Below, piece after piece: positions 26,286 through 36,903 of a stretch of 64,000 nt of DNA. Made by a program: the position numbers and the translations under genes. The DNA lies in assembly GCA_041654895.1 (NCBI GenBank), contig JBAZCR010000002.1, positions 8,435 to 72,434 of the forward strand, read 5' to 3'. The DNA comes from Candidatus Pacearchaeota archaeon (GTDB taxonomy: Archaea > Nanobdellota > Nanobdellia > Pacearchaeales > GW2011-AR1). Position 1 is the first letter of the stretch. Each line of letters starts with the position of its first letter. The notes under the pieces are model-generated. The model searched no databases, was not told the origin of the DNA, and worked only from the letters and a program-made list of their open reading frames with translations.

Positions 26286-29200
26286 TTATTCTTTTATGTC
26301 TTTTATTCTTTTATAAAATTCTACAACAGTATCATAAACAGCATCATTATGCTCAGACATATTTTGGTATTCATTATTTATTCTTTTATAAGTTTCTATT
26401 GCTTGATTTATATCTTTTGATTTTATTTGATTTAATCCATTTAATAATAATTCTTTAATCTCTTGTTTTACCTTAATATCATTTTCTCTATTTTTCTGTA
26501 ATTCTTCTCTTGTAAGTTCTTTCTTTTCTTCTATTATTGGTTTAGGTTTTGGCATTTCACTTATTTTATTTTGAATTTGTGGCGAGAGAGAAGGTCTAGG
26601 GGGAATTCTATTTCTTGGGATATTGTTTCTTTGTTGTTGATTATTTATTGTATTTCCTTGAGGCCTTATTTTTGTTACTTGTGGAGCCTTAGGAGGAGAT
26701 AAAGTAATTGGTCTTCTCTGAGTATTTTGAGTATAATTATTTTTTTGTGAGACAATTTTTTTCTTAGACTTTTTCTTTATAGAGATAACTGTTAGGGATA
26801 ATATAGTCAATATTAAAATTCCTACTGATATACCAATTATTAAAGATAAATTTAGTGGGCTTGGTTTTTCTAAATCTTCTTTTGATGAAGGTTTTTCTTG
26901 AGTATCTGGTTTAGTATTGTTTTCCTTATTATCTGGCTTAGTTTCATTTGCTTTAGTACTTGGTTGTGTGGTATTTGTTGTTCCTCCAGTAGTTCCTCCT
27001 GAAGTTGGAGGAGTTATAACTGCTACTTCTTTACAGTCTGAAATATCAATTGTACAATTATTATAACAAGATAAACTACCAGAATTAAACCCATAGTCAT
27101 AACAGGTTTTTCCATCAATAAATTCTGATGCTTCACATTCCTCATCTCCAGTTATTTTTCGGTCACCGCAACCTGTAAATGAAAAATTGCCCCATTCAAC
27201 TACATTAAAAATTAAATAATGGTTATCATTTATCTCTTCAGAACAGATTTCATTACTACAAGTTTTGCCATTCTTTAAGAAGTTTAAATTAATGACTTGA
27301 TTGTTCCATAAATTAAAAGTTAGTTTTGATTCTTTGTTTAGTTTTGCTAATTTTGTATTATTTAAAAAAATCGAATTTTTAGTTAGATAAATATCTTTAT
27401 CTTTTTTGATATCTCCTAATATTGTTAAATCTTCAAATAACTCTTCGTCTAGCCATATAATACTTGAATAAGTTGATTGGTAATTGATATAATTTTTATT
27501 GTCTATTGAACTCTCGTCTAAAATTGAATGAGAAACATTTTCTGTATATAAATTTTTGATTGTTGTATTTTTTACTTCTTGATTGATATAAATTGCATTT
27601 TCAAAATTTTCTATTAAAGAGAATCCATCTATAGTTATATTTGATGCATTAATGTAAATTGCAGTTCCAGTTCCATTTATTTTTTTATTATTCCCTAAAA
27701 GAGTTATGTTGTTAGCATTTAGTATTAAACAGTTTTCTCCTTCGCTGTTTAAGTTATTCATTACTTGATATATTCTATTAGGATGAATTATTTCTTGACA
27801 AGATTCTATTTTAGTATCTACTATTGTATCTTTAATTAAATAATTTCCACTAGTTGTCGTATTAAAAATTATTTCATTTGTATTTAAAGATTTTATTTTA
27901 GAATCATCATCTTTTATATTATTTCTTGTTAAATTAAAATGAAATAATTCTGTATAACCTCTAGTATTTTTTAATGAAATGTCCATTGTAGAATTTAATT
28001 TTATAATACTTGATGAGATATTTGCTTGTAATTCTCCTATTGATATACTTCCTGGGAAAGTAAGATTATTTTCTAAAGATAAATTTTGTAAGAATGTTTC
28101 ATTTATCCAATTTATTTTTCCATAATTATTTTCAAGACTTAAAAAATTTTGTTTATCTGTTCCTGAATTATCTATTATTGAATTATTTTTAGAAATAGAA
28201 TTTAAATTTTTTATTTGATTATCCCCGCTATTAAGCTTTAATTCAATGCTAGTTGTTAGATTATTTATATTCGCTGAGTTAATATTATTATATGAAGAAT
28301 TTTGTAAAAGGATTCCAGTATTTTCATCTTCTATATTATTTGTTAGAATGTTATTTTCTAAAGTATTATTAATTGAGTCTAATAAAAATATCCCTATCTT
28401 TTTAGGATTTATTAATTTTATATTTTTTAATAAATTTTTTTCTGACTCGGAAATATTAAAATTATATTCTATATTTTCTATTTTTATTGATTCTATTAAA
28501 TTTTCATTTGATTGATTAATTTTTATTGCAGTTGTTTGATCAAACTTTTTTTCACTGATATTAATATTTTTTATTTTATTTTCATTTGATTTTTCTAAAC
28601 TAATACTAATTAAACTAATATTCTCTAAATTTATTTTTTCTATTAGGCTATTATTCACTTGCTTTAGATATAAGAAAGTATTTCCTGTTTTATTATCTGT
28701 GAAATTAACATTGGAAATAGTTGAATTTATTACTTGATTTAAATCAATTAACGTTTGTGATTCTCCAGAGAATTCTATTATCTTTAAATTAGATATATTT
28801 AATAGAACAGAGATTGTAGAATGAATTACTCTCTCTAATGTGTTTTGAAATTGTAAATTCCTTAATGTTATGTTTGTTGAATTATTTATTATTATATCTT
28901 TTAAGTTATTATTAAATTTTATATTGTTTAAATGGATATTTGTAGCATTTTCTATTTTTATTGAATTTTCAAAGTTTTTTAAGACACCATTTTTAATTGT
29001 AATATTTTCTTTATTAGTTATAATTCCAATTTTAGTTTGTGGCTCACTTGAATTAATTACTGCATCATTTAAGTCTAATAAAACATTGTTATTTGTAATA
29101 TTGAAGCAATAATTATCTTCTACTTCTATACTTTGATTTATTAAATATTTACCACCATTAAACCAATTAGAATAACCACATTGTCCAATATAACCTATTT

Positions 29201-31841
29201 CTTCAACAGTATAATTCCCGTCATTAGTTGTATTAAATTTTATAGTTGCAATTTCTAATCCTATAGCAATATTTTCACAAATTTCACATGTCTCATTGTT
29301 TCTTTTATAAGTGTCTGTTCCTACGTTGTAAAATGTTAAATTTATAGTTGAGTTTATTTTTTCATCTACTTCTGTGAAATTCAAAAAGATATTTGAAGGT
29401 TTAATTAATATATTTTTTTCTTTTGTTAAATCTTCCTTGAAACTTAAATTTTGATAGAAATTATTATTTGCCCATTCAACAGTACCGTGAGAATTATTGT
29501 AGATTAAATAATTTAAATCTGAAATCTCTGTTTCATCAAAAATTGAATATTCTGTATTATCAACAAAATTTAAATTTAAAAGAATATTGTTATTAGTACT
29601 TAATGAAGGTGTAGGCGCAAACAAATTTACACCATACTTTTTTCCTTGTTTAAAAGTTATATTTTCAATTAAATTATTTTTTGAGTCTTCTAATTTAATG
29701 CCTTGTGTAAAATTAATTAATTCACCATTTTTTACTTTTATTCCTTCTGACCTTAATATTAAAACTCCACTTCCTGCAGATGAATGTGTTGATTTTAAGA
29801 AATGTCCTTTTAAGTCTAATGTTACATTGTGATTGTCTTCTATGACAAAACAGTTTTGAGCACTATTAAAATTATCAATATTTCTACTTAAAGTATAAAT
29901 TTTATAATTTTTAAAAAACCCTTGGGATTGACAATCATTAATTTCAATGGGTCCATTAATAGAATAGTATCCTAATGAGGTTGTTTTAAAAGAGATGTTA
30001 TTTACACTTCTAGATCTTTCAATACAATCAGGCATACATGTTTCTTGATCTTTTAAAATAAAGATATAATCTTCCCAATTATCATTTCTGTAAAAAGTCA
30101 TATTTATTGATTTGTTTAGTAAATCATAATACGTGTCATTAACATAAATACTATTTTGAGATATCTTCATTTGCTGAGGGTTAAGTATGTTGAATTGTTT
30201 TTGAGTTGTTAAATTTTTATTAATGATATCATCAGCCCAGATAAACTCACCATAATCATTTGAAAATTTAAGATAATTTTGATATGTTGAAGTTGATAAA
30301 TCTTTTATAGAGTAAATTGTATTTTGTGTTTTTAAATTTTCAATAGTATTTTGGTCTGACGAACCTGCTAACTTAATTGCTTGATTTACATTTAATAAAG
30401 TATTATTTTTAATTAAAGATGAATTAGTATTTTCTATTATTATGCCTTTTTTTGAGTATTGATATATTGAACCGTTTTCTATTCCTAAATAGATTTTATT
30501 AATATCCAAAATTATTGACGATATCCATATTTTATCAGAGTTTCCTAATGGTTGCATTTCTACCCATGTTTTACCTGAATCTTCAGATAGATAAACCCTT
30601 TTATTATCTGTTCCAGCAATTATTTTATCTCCATCTTCTGAGATAGATACAGTTTCCCAATTCAGATTATTATCTCCATCAGGTTTTATTTCATACCAAC
30701 TTTCACCTGTATTATTTGAATACCAAAGTTTTCCAGGATTTTCTCCAGCAACTATTTTATTTCCATTAAAAGACATAGATATTGTATTCCAATTTTTTGA
30801 TTCATTTGTTATATTTTTAAAAGTACTTCCACTATCTGTAGACTTGTAAATCTTATCATTATATGCTACTGCAAAAATTAAATTATGTAATCCTGTTATT
30901 GTTAAATCAGTCCAATTTTTTGATTCGTTTGTAACATTGTTAAAATGAGTTCCATTATATTTGTAAATCTGTCCTTCCTTTTCTAGTGCAATTATTGTAT
31001 TAGCTTTTTTTGCAATTCCCAATGCTGTCCAATTTGAATTAATTGCATTTGTTATCCCTTGTGTTTCCCATGTAGAACCATGATCTCCTGATAAATATAT
31101 TGATGAACCTCTATCAGCTAATAGCATAATTGAACCATTTTCATTCATTGCTGTCGCAATCCAATTTCTAGTAGATTGTTTTTCTTCCCATGTTTGACCA
31201 TAATTATTTGATAAGTAAACCTTACCGTTTTTAGCACTAACTAAAATTTTTTGTCCATCATCTGATGTTGAAATAGAAGATAGTGTTCCAGTTTCTATTG
31301 GCGATATTTCATCCCAATTATTTTGTTTTGTTAAGTCTCCTAAATTTTTATTGTCATAAAAAATATTCATTAAATTTATTTTTTTGCTATTTTCTAATTT
31401 TATACCTTCAATAGAAGTATTTTCTATTATTGTATTTAAGAAATTAACTTCTTCAGAATTTTTTATATAAATTGCAATTGATGAATTTTTTATTTTTCCG
31501 CCAATGAATGTAATATTACGAGAATTTTCTAAATAAATTATTGGATAATTTTGTTTTCCTGTTATTGTATGTGATTTTAAATCAATTGTTATATTTTCTT
31601 TATTTGTTAAATTAATACAAATATTATCACTATTTACATTTAAAGTTAAGTCATATACTTCATTATTTTGTAATCCTTGATTTTGTAATGCACAACTATC
31701 AATTGTTGGTTGTTTTAGATCTAATGTTTTAAAAAATTGTCCTGTTATATTATATTTGTTTTCTAAATTATAAGAAATAGTAAATGTTAAAATTGCTAAA
31801 AAAGTTAATATTATCAAGAATTTTTTCATCTCTTTTTTCAT
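26286..31841 (-). CDS. Giant (1851 aa) surface protein: signal peptide, BNR/Asp-box propeller, long right-handed beta-helix repeats, Cys-rich module, T/P/K-rich stalk, TM anchor, cytoplasmic tail
   Basis: Asp-boxes SNNYGQTWEE, SGDHGSTWET, STDSGSTFKN, SNNTGESWYE, SEDSGKTWVE. Many N-rich ~22-aa beta-helix-like repeats (NIxIxNxxF). CGDRKITGDEECE module and PPTSGGTTGGTTNTTQPS stalk. TM segment LIIGISVGILILTILSLTVISI followed by KKKSKKK. Confidence 0.7.
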   Translation of the reverse strand: MKKEMKKFLIILTFLAILTFTISYNLENKYNITGQFFKTLDLKQPTIDSCALQNQGLQNNEVYDLTLNVNSDNICINLTNKENITIDLKSHTITGKQNYPIIYLENSRNITFIGGKIKNSSIAIYIKNSEEVNFLNTIIENTSIEGIKLENSKKINLMNIFYDNKNLGDLTKQNNWDEISPIETGTLSSISTSDDGQKILVSAKNGKVYLSNNYGQTWEEKQSTRNWIATAMNENGSIMLLADRGSSIYLSGDHGSTWETQGITNAINSNWTALGIAKKANTIIALEKEGQIYKYNGTHFNNVTNESKNWTDLTITGLHNLIFAVAYNDKIYKSTDSGSTFKNITNESKNWNTISMSFNGNKIVAGENPGKLWYSNNTGESWYEIKPDGDNNLNWETVSISEDGDKIIAGTDNKRVYLSEDSGKTWVEMQPLGNSDKIWISSIILDINKIYLGIENGSIYQYSKKGIIIENTNSSLIKNNTLLNVNQAIKLAGSSDQNTIENLKTQNTIYSIKDLSTSTYQNYLKFSNDYGEFIWADDIINKNLTTQKQFNILNPQQMKISQNSIYVNDTYYDLLNKSINMTFYRNDNWEDYIFILKDQETCMPDCIERSRSVNNISFKTTSLGYYSINGPIEINDCQSQGFFKNYKIYTLSRNIDNFNSAQNCFVIEDNHNVTLDLKGHFLKSTHSSAGSGVLILRSEGIKVKNGELINFTQGIKLEDSKNNLIENITFKQGKKYGVNLFAPTPSLSTNNNILLNLNFVDNTEYSIFDETEISDLNYLIYNNSHGTVEWANNNFYQNLSFKEDLTKEKNILIKPSNIFLNFTEVDEKINSTINLTFYNVGTDTYKRNNETCEICENIAIGLEIATIKFNTTNDGNYTVEEIGYIGQCGYSNWFNGGKYLINQSIEVEDNYCFNITNNNVLLDLNDAVINSSEPQTKIGIITNKENITIKNGVLKNFENSIKIENATNIHLNNIKFNNNLKDIIINNSTNITLRNLQFQNTLERVIHSTISVLLNISNLKIIEFSGESQTLIDLNQVINSTISNVNFTDNKTGNTFLYLKQVNNSLIEKINLENISLISISLEKSNENKIKNINISEKKFDQTTAIKINQSNENLIESIKIENIEYNFNISESEKNLLKNIKLINPKKIGIFLLDSINNTLENNILTNNIEDENTGILLQNSSYNNINSANINNLTTSIELKLNSGDNQIKNLNSISKNNSIIDNSGTDKQNFLSLENNYGKINWINETFLQNLSLENNLTFPGSISIGELQANISSSIIKLNSTMDISLKNTRGYTELFHFNLTRNNIKDDDSKIKSLNTNEIIFNTTTSGNYLIKDTIVDTKIESCQEIIHPNRIYQVMNNLNSEGENCLILNANNITLLGNNKKINGTGTAIYINASNITIDGFSLIENFENAIYINQEVKNTTIKNLYTENVSHSILDESSIDNKNYINYQSTYSSIIWLDEELFEDLTILGDIKKDKDIYLTKNSIFLNNTKLAKLNKESKLTFNLWNNQVINLNFLKNGKTCSNEICSEEINDNHYLIFNVVEWGNFSFTGCGDRKITGDEECEASEFIDGKTCYDYGFNSGSLSCYNNCTIDISDCKEVAVITPPTSGGTTGGTTNTTQPSTKANETKPDNKENNTKPDTQEKPSSKEDLEKPSPLNLSLIIGISVGILILTILSLTVISIKKKSKKKIVSQKNNYTQNTQRRPITLSPPKAPQVTKIRPQGNTINNQQQRNNIPRNRIPPRPSLSPQIQNKISEMPKPKPIIEEKKELTREELQKNRENDIKVKQEIKELLLNGLNQIKSKDINQAIETYKRINNEYQNMSEHNDAVYDTVVEFYKRIKDIKE

Positions 31842-31964
31842 AGAATTAACTATCTATTTATGTTTATAAATATTCTCTAAAAAGAGTATATATTTTCTAT
31901 TATCTCTTCATAAAAAAAGAGAATAAGGGAATAAAATAATAAAGATTCCCAATAAAATAAAAAT

Positions 31965-33251
31965 TTATTTTTTCTTTTCAACAAGAGATTTACAGACTCC
32001 AGCAGCCACAGTTACACCAGCATCTCTAATTGCAAATCTTGCCATGTATGGATTATCTTTTACTGTTTCAAGTACAAGATTTCCTATTGGTCTAATTTTT
32101 ACAATAGCAGCGTCACCATTTTTTAAAAAATCTGGGTGTTCTTGAAGTACTTGTCCACTTGCAGGGTCTAATTTAGAAACTAATTCTACAAATTGACATG
32201 GAACTTGAGCTGTATGAACATGGAATACAGGTGTATAACCTTTTGCAATTACAGTTGGATGATTAATAACTACTACTTGTGCTTCAAATTCTTCTACAAT
32301 TTTTGCAGGAGATGCTGCATCACAAATAACGTCTCCTCTAGCCATATCTTTTTTACCAACGCCTCGTAAATTTACTCCGACGTTATCTCCTGCTTCTGCT
32401 TCTTTAAGTTGTTCATGATGAGCTTCAATTGAACGAACTTCACCTTGAACACCTGTTCCACTTCTACCAGGTAATACAACTATTTTTTGACCAACTTTCA
32501 TTATTCCAGTCTCAACTTTTCCAACTGGTACAGTACCAATTCCAGTAATTTCATAAACATCCTGAATTGGCATTCTCATTGGTAAGCTAACTGGTTTTTC
32601 TGGTGCAGGGAATTTGTCAATTTGTTCTAATACAGTTGGTCCTTTGTACCAAGCCATATTTTCACTTTTTTTAGCAATATTGTCACCCATTAATGCTGAA
32701 GCTGGGATAAAAACAACATCATCTATTTTGTAACCTGCTTTTTGAACAACAGATTTTACTTCCTCAACAGTTTTGTTAAATCTTGCTTCGTCATATTTAA
32801 CTACGTCCATCTTGTTAATTAAAACTGCTAAGTTTTTTACGCCCATAGTTCTAAGTAACCAAACATGTTCTTTTGTTTGAGGTTGAACACTATCTTCACA
32901 ACCAACAACTAAGAAAGCTGCATCTGCTTGTGAAGCACCTGTGATCATATTTTTAACAAAATCCTTATGGCCAGGAGCATCAATAATAGTAACCTCATAA
33001 TTTTGAGTTTTCAATTTCTTATAAGATAAGTTAATTGTAACTCCTCTTTCTCTTTCTTCCTTAAGGTTATCCATTACATATGCGAATTCAAAACCTTGTT
33101 TACCATGCTTTTCTGCTTCTTCTCTGAATCTTTTCATCTCTTGCTCAGACACTGCACCACCATCGTAAAAAACTCTACCTACACTAGTAGATTTACCTTG
33201 GTCTACATGTCCAACAAAGACGACATTCATAATTGGTTTTTCTTTTGCCAT
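31965..33251 (-). CDS. tuf: Translation elongation factor EF-1 alpha
   Basis: VVFVGHVDQGKST, DAPGHKDF, NKMD. Full-length aEF-1alpha-like sequence. Confidence 0.96.
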   Translation of the reverse strand: MAKEKPIMNVVFVGHVDQGKSTSVGRVFYDGGAVSEQEMKRFREEAEKHGKQGFEFAYVMDNLKEERERGVTINLSYKKLKTQNYEVTIIDAPGHKDFVKNMITGASQADAAFLVVGCEDSVQPQTKEHVWLLRTMGVKNLAVLINKMDVVKYDEARFNKTVEEVKSVVQKAGYKIDDVVFIPASALMGDNIAKKSENMAWYKGPTVLEQIDKFPAPEKPVSLPMRMPIQDVYEITGIGTVPVGKVETGIMKVGQKIVVLPGRSGTGVQGEVRSIEAHHEQLKEAEAGDNVGVNLRGVGKKDMARGDVICDAASPAKIVEEFEAQVVVINHPTVIAKGYTPVFHVHTAQVPCQFVELVSKLDPASGQVLQEHPDFLKNGDAAIVKIRPIGNLVLETVKDNPYMARFAIRDAGVTVAAGVCKSLVEKKK

Positions 33252-33389
33252 ATTAATATATTTAATTTAGTTAAACGTCTTATCTAAGAATTGAATCTTA
33301 GCATATAATTTAAGAGGAATGTTGGTTTAAAAAGTTTATTGTATATTAAAATTAGAAAAATCTAAAAAGGATTTTATAATTAAGATATT

Positions 33390-34124
33390 ATGGCTCTTCA
33401 TTTGATTGGATTAGGTTTAAATTTAAATTCTATTAGTTGTGATGCTAGAAAAATTTTGGATGATTGTGATGAAATTTATTTAGAAGGTTATACTGTTGAT
33501 TTTCCTTATGATATTAGTGATTTAAAAAAATCTTTAAATTTGAATTTTGAGATTTTAGATAGAAATAATGTTGAAAATAATTTTTTAATAGAAAATGCTT
33601 TGCATAAAAATGTTGCCCTATTAGTTTATGGAGATGTTTTGTCTGCTACGACCCATAGTTCTTTAATTTTGGATTGTAAAAAAAATGGAATAGATTGTTT
33701 TATTTATCACAATGCTTCAATTTTATTGTCTATTTCTCAAACAGGATTACAATTGTATAAGTTTGGAAAAACTTCTTCTATGCCAAAATGGCAAAAGTCT
33801 TATGAACCTAATTCTTTTTTAAATTATATTATTGAAAATCAGAAAGTAAATGCCCATTCCTTATTATTAATAGATATTGGATTAAAGTTTAAAGAAGCTT
33901 TAGTTCAACTAGAAAAATCATGTGAATTAAAAAATTTAAATCTCGATAAAATTATTGTTGTCAATAATTCAGGTACTATTAATCAAAAAATTTATTATGA
34001 ATCAATTAATATTTTTAAAAATGTAAATTCTATAAAATCGCCTTTTTGTTTTATTATTCCATCAAAACTTCATTTTTTAGAAGAGGAATTTTTAAATGAA
34101 GTCAAAGAAAATATTAATCCCTAA
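33390..34124 (+). CDS. dphB: Diphthine synthase (tetrapyrrole-methylase fold)
   Basis: MALHLIGLGL...DEIYLEGYT N-terminus and about 245 aa length, typical of archaeal Dph5. Confidence 0.8.
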   Translation: MALHLIGLGLNLNSISCDARKILDDCDEIYLEGYTVDFPYDISDLKKSLNLNFEILDRNNVENNFLIENALHKNVALLVYGDVLSATTHSSLILDCKKNGIDCFIYHNASILLSISQTGLQLYKFGKTSSMPKWQKSYEPNSFLNYIIENQKVNAHSLLLIDIGLKFKEALVQLEKSCELKNLNLDKIIVVNNSGTINQKIYYESINIFKNVNSIKSPFCFIIPSKLHFLEEEFLNEVKENINP

Positions 34125-34731
34125 TTTTTTTAATTATTTTCTTAGTAATTTTTTCTATCTTCTTTTTTCCATTAATTTTAACTAATTTATCTCTATAATA
34201 TTCTAGAATAGGTTTTGTTTGAATATGATATGTTTCTATTCTTTGTTTAATAGTTTCTAAATTATCGTCTTTTCTTTGGACTAGTTTTCCAGCACATTTG
34301 TCACAAACTTCAGGATTTTGAGGTTTTGGTTGGGTAATTAAATTATATCCTTCTCCACAATCTTCACAAGTTCTACGGTTAATTAATCTCTTAATTGACT
34401 CTTTATTTGAGATTTTAATTTCTATTACTTTGTCAATATTAATTTCTTTTTTCAGTTTCTTTGCCTGCTCTATTGTTCTAGGAAAACCATCTAATATTAT
34501 TCCTTCTTTGTTATTTTCTTTTTTTATTTTTTCTTTGAGTAATTTTATTATTAACTCATCAGAAACTAATTTTCCTTTATTGATTATGCTATCAATTTCT
34601 TCTTTTAATTTTCCTTTTTGTTCTCTTAATAAATCTCCTGTAGAAATATGAGTTAAATTTAATTGTTTTGCTACTTCTTTTGCTTGAGTCCCCTTTCCAG
34701 AGCCCTGAATTCCGATAAAAATAAGATTCAT
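34114..34731 (-). CDS. adk: Adenylate kinase, bacterial-type long form with zinc lid
   Basis: P-loop GIQGSGKGTQA, DGFPRT, and lid CEDCGEGYN...CDKCAGKLVQRKDD. Confidence 0.9.
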   Translation of the reverse strand: MNLIFIGIQGSGKGTQAKEVAKQLNLTHISTGDLLREQKGKLKEEIDSIINKGKLVSDELIIKLLKEKIKKENNKEGIILDGFPRTIEQAKKLKKEINIDKVIEIKISNKESIKRLINRRTCEDCGEGYNLITQPKPQNPEVCDKCAGKLVQRKDDNLETIKQRIETYHIQTKPILEYYRDKLVKINGKKKIEKITKKIIKKIRD

Positions 34732-34880
34732 AAAATATTAATAATAATAAGGTTTATTAATTTTTCTAAAAGCATAAGTCTTAAAAACTTATTTTTGTAT
34801 TTGTTTTTATGGATATTGTAATGGCTATTCCAATTTTATTTTAGATTGCATAGTGCTTACTTTAATTTCTATTAATTATT

Positions 34881-35828
34881 ATGAGAAAAGTTAAAGATTT
34901 TTTATGGAGGGAGAAGATGAATGTTTCTGATTTAGTTGATACTTTTGGGAATTTAGGCTTTCAAGCTTTAGAATTATATGAAGCTAAAAATGTTATTTTA
35001 AAAATGAAAAGAGATAATGCTAAAGTTTTTCTTACTTTTACATCTAATATGGTTACTTCAGGATTAAGAGGATTTTTTGCTCAATTATGTAAGCTAGGTA
35101 TACCAGATATTTTAGTTACAACATCAGGTTCTATTGAAGAAGATTTAATTAAATCAACTGGGGAATCTTTTGAAATTTCAAGTTTTTATGTTGATGATAA
35201 TGCTTTACATGAAAGAGGAGAAAATAGGGTTGGTAATTTAATAATTAGAAATGAAAGTTATATGAAATTTGAGGATTTGATTTCAAAATTACTTTTACAA
35301 ATTTATGGAAAGAAAAAAAGACTATCTTCTTCTGAGTTACTTTATGAATTAGGATTGTTAATTGATGACGAAAATTCTATTCTATCTCAAGCTGCTAAAA
35401 ATAATATTCCAATTTATTGTCCTGGGATAGCTGATTCATCTTTTGGTTTTCAATTATTTATGTTTCAACAGAGGAATCCAGATTTTATTGTAGACACTAT
35501 TTATGATATGAATAGAATTGTAACTGATTTAAATTTTGATGAAAAAAAAGGATTGATTTCTTTAGGTGGTTCAATTTCTAAACATTATGCTATTTTTGCT
35601 GCTTTACTTTCTGGTGGTTTTGACTATGCGGTATACCTAACAACATCACACTCTACATCTGGTTCTTTAAGTGGCGCAACAACTCAAGAAGCGAAGAGTT
35701 GGGGAAAAATAAAAGATGATAGTGCGACAACAACTGTTAATGGAGACGTTAGTATTACTTTTCCATTGTTAATGAGTGCTTGTTTAGATGAAATGAAAAA
35801 TGAAGGATTATTAAATGATAGGAGTTAA
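34881..35828 (+). CDS. dys: Deoxyhypusine synthase
   Basis: SNMVTSGLRG, VTTSGSIEEDLIK, and the catalytic-lysine context QEAKSWGKI. Confidence 0.85.
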   Translation: MRKVKDFLWREKMNVSDLVDTFGNLGFQALELYEAKNVILKMKRDNAKVFLTFTSNMVTSGLRGFFAQLCKLGIPDILVTTSGSIEEDLIKSTGESFEISSFYVDDNALHERGENRVGNLIIRNESYMKFEDLISKLLLQIYGKKKRLSSSELLYELGLLIDDENSILSQAAKNNIPIYCPGIADSSFGFQLFMFQQRNPDFIVDTIYDMNRIVTDLNFDEKKGLISLGGSISKHYAIFAALLSGGFDYAVYLTTSHSTSGSLSGATTQEAKSWGKIKDDSATTTVNGDVSITFPLLMSACLDEMKNEGLLNDRS

Positions 35829-35848
35829 AAATTTTAGTAATATTTTTT

Positions 35849-36886
35849 ATGGAAAAGGCAAAGTTTATATTAGATAAAAAAATTGTTAAGGAACAAATAA
35901 AATCTTTGTTAGACTTAGGTTTAAGTGTTTCTTATTCTTATAAAACAAATCATGAAGTAGGTAATGTGCTACAAGAATTAAATTTAGGTAACTTCTTTTC
36001 AATACACTCTATTAATGAAATTAAAATGATTAAAGATAAGTCTAAAGTTATTTATTTTATACAAGCACAGGACTTTGAAGAGTTAAAAGGAATTATTAAT
36101 CAAGGTATACTAAATTTTGTAGTTGACAATGAAATTGATTTTGGAAGAATTTTAGATGTTGCAAAATTTTTAGAAACTAAAATAAATCTTTCAATAAGGA
36201 TGAAATTACAGGAAAATAGGATTGGCAGTGGAAGGTATTTTGTCTATGGATTGCCTTCAAAAAAGGTTAATGAATTAATAATTAGAGAGAAAGAAAATAA
36301 GTTTATTAATTATTTTGGAATTCATGTTCATAGGAAGAGTCAGAATACTTCTGAGTGGGAGATTATTTCAGAATTAGAAGATTCTATTTTAGATGAGGTT
36401 TTTGATAGGTTAGATTTTATTAATTTAGGAGGAGGTTTACCTGTAAAGTATAAAAGTTATAGCTCTAATATTTTAGAATATATTTTTAAAAAAATAAAAG
36501 AAACTGTTAATTGGTTAAAAAATAAAGATATTCAAGTGTTTATTGAGCCAGGGAGATATATCGCAGCTCCTTCGATAAAATTAGAAACAAGAATAATTCA
36601 AATTCAAGAAAAGAACATTATTTTAAATACTACGCTTTACAATTGTGCACTTGATACACTTTTAACAGGAACTAAAATGATTGTAGAAAATGAGCTCAAA
36701 GATAAAGAAGAAGGAGAATATTATTTAATTAAGGGAAATTCTCCAACAAGAGATGATATTTTTAGATATAATGTTAAATTAAGAAATCCTAAGGTCGGAG
36801 ATAAAATTATTTTTATTAATGCAGGGGCCTATAATTATACAACTGATTTTTTTGGGTATGTTAAATTAGAAACAGAATATATCTAG
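35849..36886 (+). CDS. PLP-dependent group IV decarboxylase (Orn/Arg/DAP decarboxylase family), short form
   Basis: PLP-lysine motif YSYKTNH, HVHRKSQ, NLGGGLPVKY, EPGRYIAAPS, NAGAYNY. Confidence 0.7.
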   Translation: MEKAKFILDKKIVKEQIKSLLDLGLSVSYSYKTNHEVGNVLQELNLGNFFSIHSINEIKMIKDKSKVIYFIQAQDFEELKGIINQGILNFVVDNEIDFGRILDVAKFLETKINLSIRMKLQENRIGSGRYFVYGLPSKKVNELIIREKENKFINYFGIHVHRKSQNTSEWEIISELEDSILDEVFDRLDFINLGGGLPVKYKSYSSNILEYIFKKIKETVNWLKNKDIQVFIEPGRYIAAPSIKLETRIIQIQEKNIILNTTLYNCALDTLLTGTKMIVENELKDKEEGEYYLIKGNSPTRDDIFRYNVKLRNPKVGDKIIFINAGAYNYTTDFFGYVKLETEYI

Positions 36887-36903
36887 AATTCATTTTATGT
36901 TTA

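Noticed and set aside
31842-31964. Short hairpins (GGGAAT...ATTCCC and TCTCTT...AAGAGA) between tuf and the giant gene as terminators.
   Set aside because: The stems are only 6 bp in AT-rich DNA. Archaeal termination mainly uses oligo-T tracts, so the evidence is insufficient to annotate them.
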